In this document: positions 63,175 through 64,000 of the stretch, one piece after another
Numbering within the stretch: the first letter of the stretch is position 1
Layout of the letters: each line of letters opens with the position of its first letter
Source: a virus
Virus record (IMG/VR): IMGVR_UViG_3300046724_000152
Span: 1 to 64,000 of that record
Reading direction: 5' to 3' (one strand)
Length of the DNA stretch: 64,000 bases
Notes under the pieces: generated by a model
The model's input: only the letters and a program-made list of their open reading frames with translations
Told to the model about the DNA's origin: nothing
Databases searched by the model: none
Position numbers and translations under genes: made by a program

Positions 63175-64000
63175 ATGCCCAAGCTCACCGAAACCACCAA
63201 CGACCAGCTTCACAAGCGCGGCCCTGGACGGCCTCCGAAGGCCCAAGCCGAAGGCAACGGCAGCTTCCATCTGACTCCTCCACATGAGCCTCTCCCTGGA
63301 GAGTCGTTCGAGATTCCAACCGTGACCTATTCTCCACAGGTCAATTTTACTCAGATCAATACCGTACCAGTTTCATCCGAGGAACCGGCAGCCGCTCCAG
63401 CCCCGGCGCTGAAGATCGCCTTGATTGGCACCGCACCCTCCAGCCGGATGCTGGCCCCCTTCAATGATCCGACTTGGCAGATCTGGTCCTGTTCGCCTGG
63501 AAACATGGGCATCGTGCCGCGTTACGATGCATGGTTCGAGATCCATGGCAGCCTCTTATGGCCCGAGAACAAGCACTATGGCGAGCCCTACATCAAATTC
63601 CTCAGCGAGCAGAAGTGCCCGGTCTACATGCAGGACCAGCGCTATTGCAGGAATGCTTTGACCTACCCGATGCGGGAGATGGTCCAGGAGTTTGGACCGT
63701 ATTTCTTCACCTCGTCGTTTTCCTGGATGATTGCCCTGGCGATCAGCAAGGGAGCCACCGAGATTGGCCTCTACGGCATCGATATGGCGAGCCGCGACGA
63801 GTACATCCTGCAACGCCCAGGCATCTATCATTTCTTTAATGAGGCCAAGAAACGTGGTATCAAGGTCTTCGCTCCTTATGAGAGCGACATCATGCAGCCT
63901 CCGGGTCTGTATGGATATTCTGAAGTGACGCCGTATGGCCGAAAGATGATCGCCAGAGCCATGGAGTTGAAAGCAAGACGCGACGAAATGGTGAAGCAGC
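63175..64000 (+). CDS. CstII(GT42)/GT29/Maf-like nonulosonate glycosyltransferase (3' partial, not in the ORF track)
   Basis: Hand translation: KIALIGTAPSS...WSCSP...RYDAWFEIH...FTSSFSWMIALAISKGATEIGLYGIDM, paralleling the sialyltransferase GNGPS and TSG..M...AIALGYKEIYLSGIDF motifs. Confidence 0.65.
   Translation, partial: MPKLTETTNDQLHKRGPGRPPKAQAEGNGSFHLTPPHEPLPGESFEIPTVTYSPQVNFTQINTVPVSSEEPAAAPAPALKIALIGTAPSSRMLAPFNDPTWQIWSCSPGNMGIVPRYDAWFEIHGSLLWPENKHYGEPYIKFLSEQKCPVYMQDQRYCRNALTYPMREMVQEFGPYFFTSSFSWMIALAISKGATEIGLYGIDMASRDEYILQRPGIYHFFNEAKKRGIKVFAPYESDIMQPPGLYGYSEVTPYGRKMIARAMELKARRDEMVKQ

Noticed and set aside
1-64000. Integrase, att site, CI repressor or host flank (prophage boundary)
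   Set aside because: No recombinase motifs or housekeeping genes were recognised; lifestyle cannot be determined from this window.
1-64000. tRNA or rRNA genes
   Set aside because: No cloverleaf with a T-loop GTTCRA in intergenic space was found by eye; tRNAscan-SE is needed to exclude them fully.

Overview
The whole 64 kb window is tailed-phage DNA, probably most of one circularly permuted podovirus-like genome. GcrA-like and DnaA C-terminal domain genes point to an alphaproteobacterial host. Layout: (1) 1-17.8 kb (+) tail/neck genes, two tandem tail-collar fibre paralogues, and three large ejection proteins, one carrying a kinase-like and an ADP-ribosyltransferase-like domain. (2) 17.8-21.8 kb (-) a recombination-type operon containing a stand-alone Cas7/RAMP-like gene (20695-21312), followed by a GAAA-capped hairpin and a 632-nt array of about 126 pentamers reading GGY-NN on the transcribed strand, punctuated into 55-65 nt units. 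This is the best candidate for an RNA-guided system in the window. (3) 21.9-25.7 kb (+) Cro, GcrA, DnaA-C, RusA and replication genes. (4) 25.7-39.8 kb mostly (-) accessory/early genes: the MTDIVERL cassette family, a lysozyme, two PEP-CTERM-like proteins, an AAA ATPase, two ArdC-like proteins, a SLOG protein and a displaced TerS. (5) 42-52.3 kb (-) a pseudaminic-acid-type nonulosonate biosynthesis cluster. (6) 52.4-64 kb (+) TerL, portal, GroES, scaffold, major capsid, small virion proteins (one with a probable -1 frameshift), and a CstII/Maf-like nonulosonate transferase that runs off the right end and is missing from the supplied ORF track. I saw no integrase, DNA polymerase, tRNA or canonical CRISPR array. 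All calls are by-eye motif recognition; no database searches were run.
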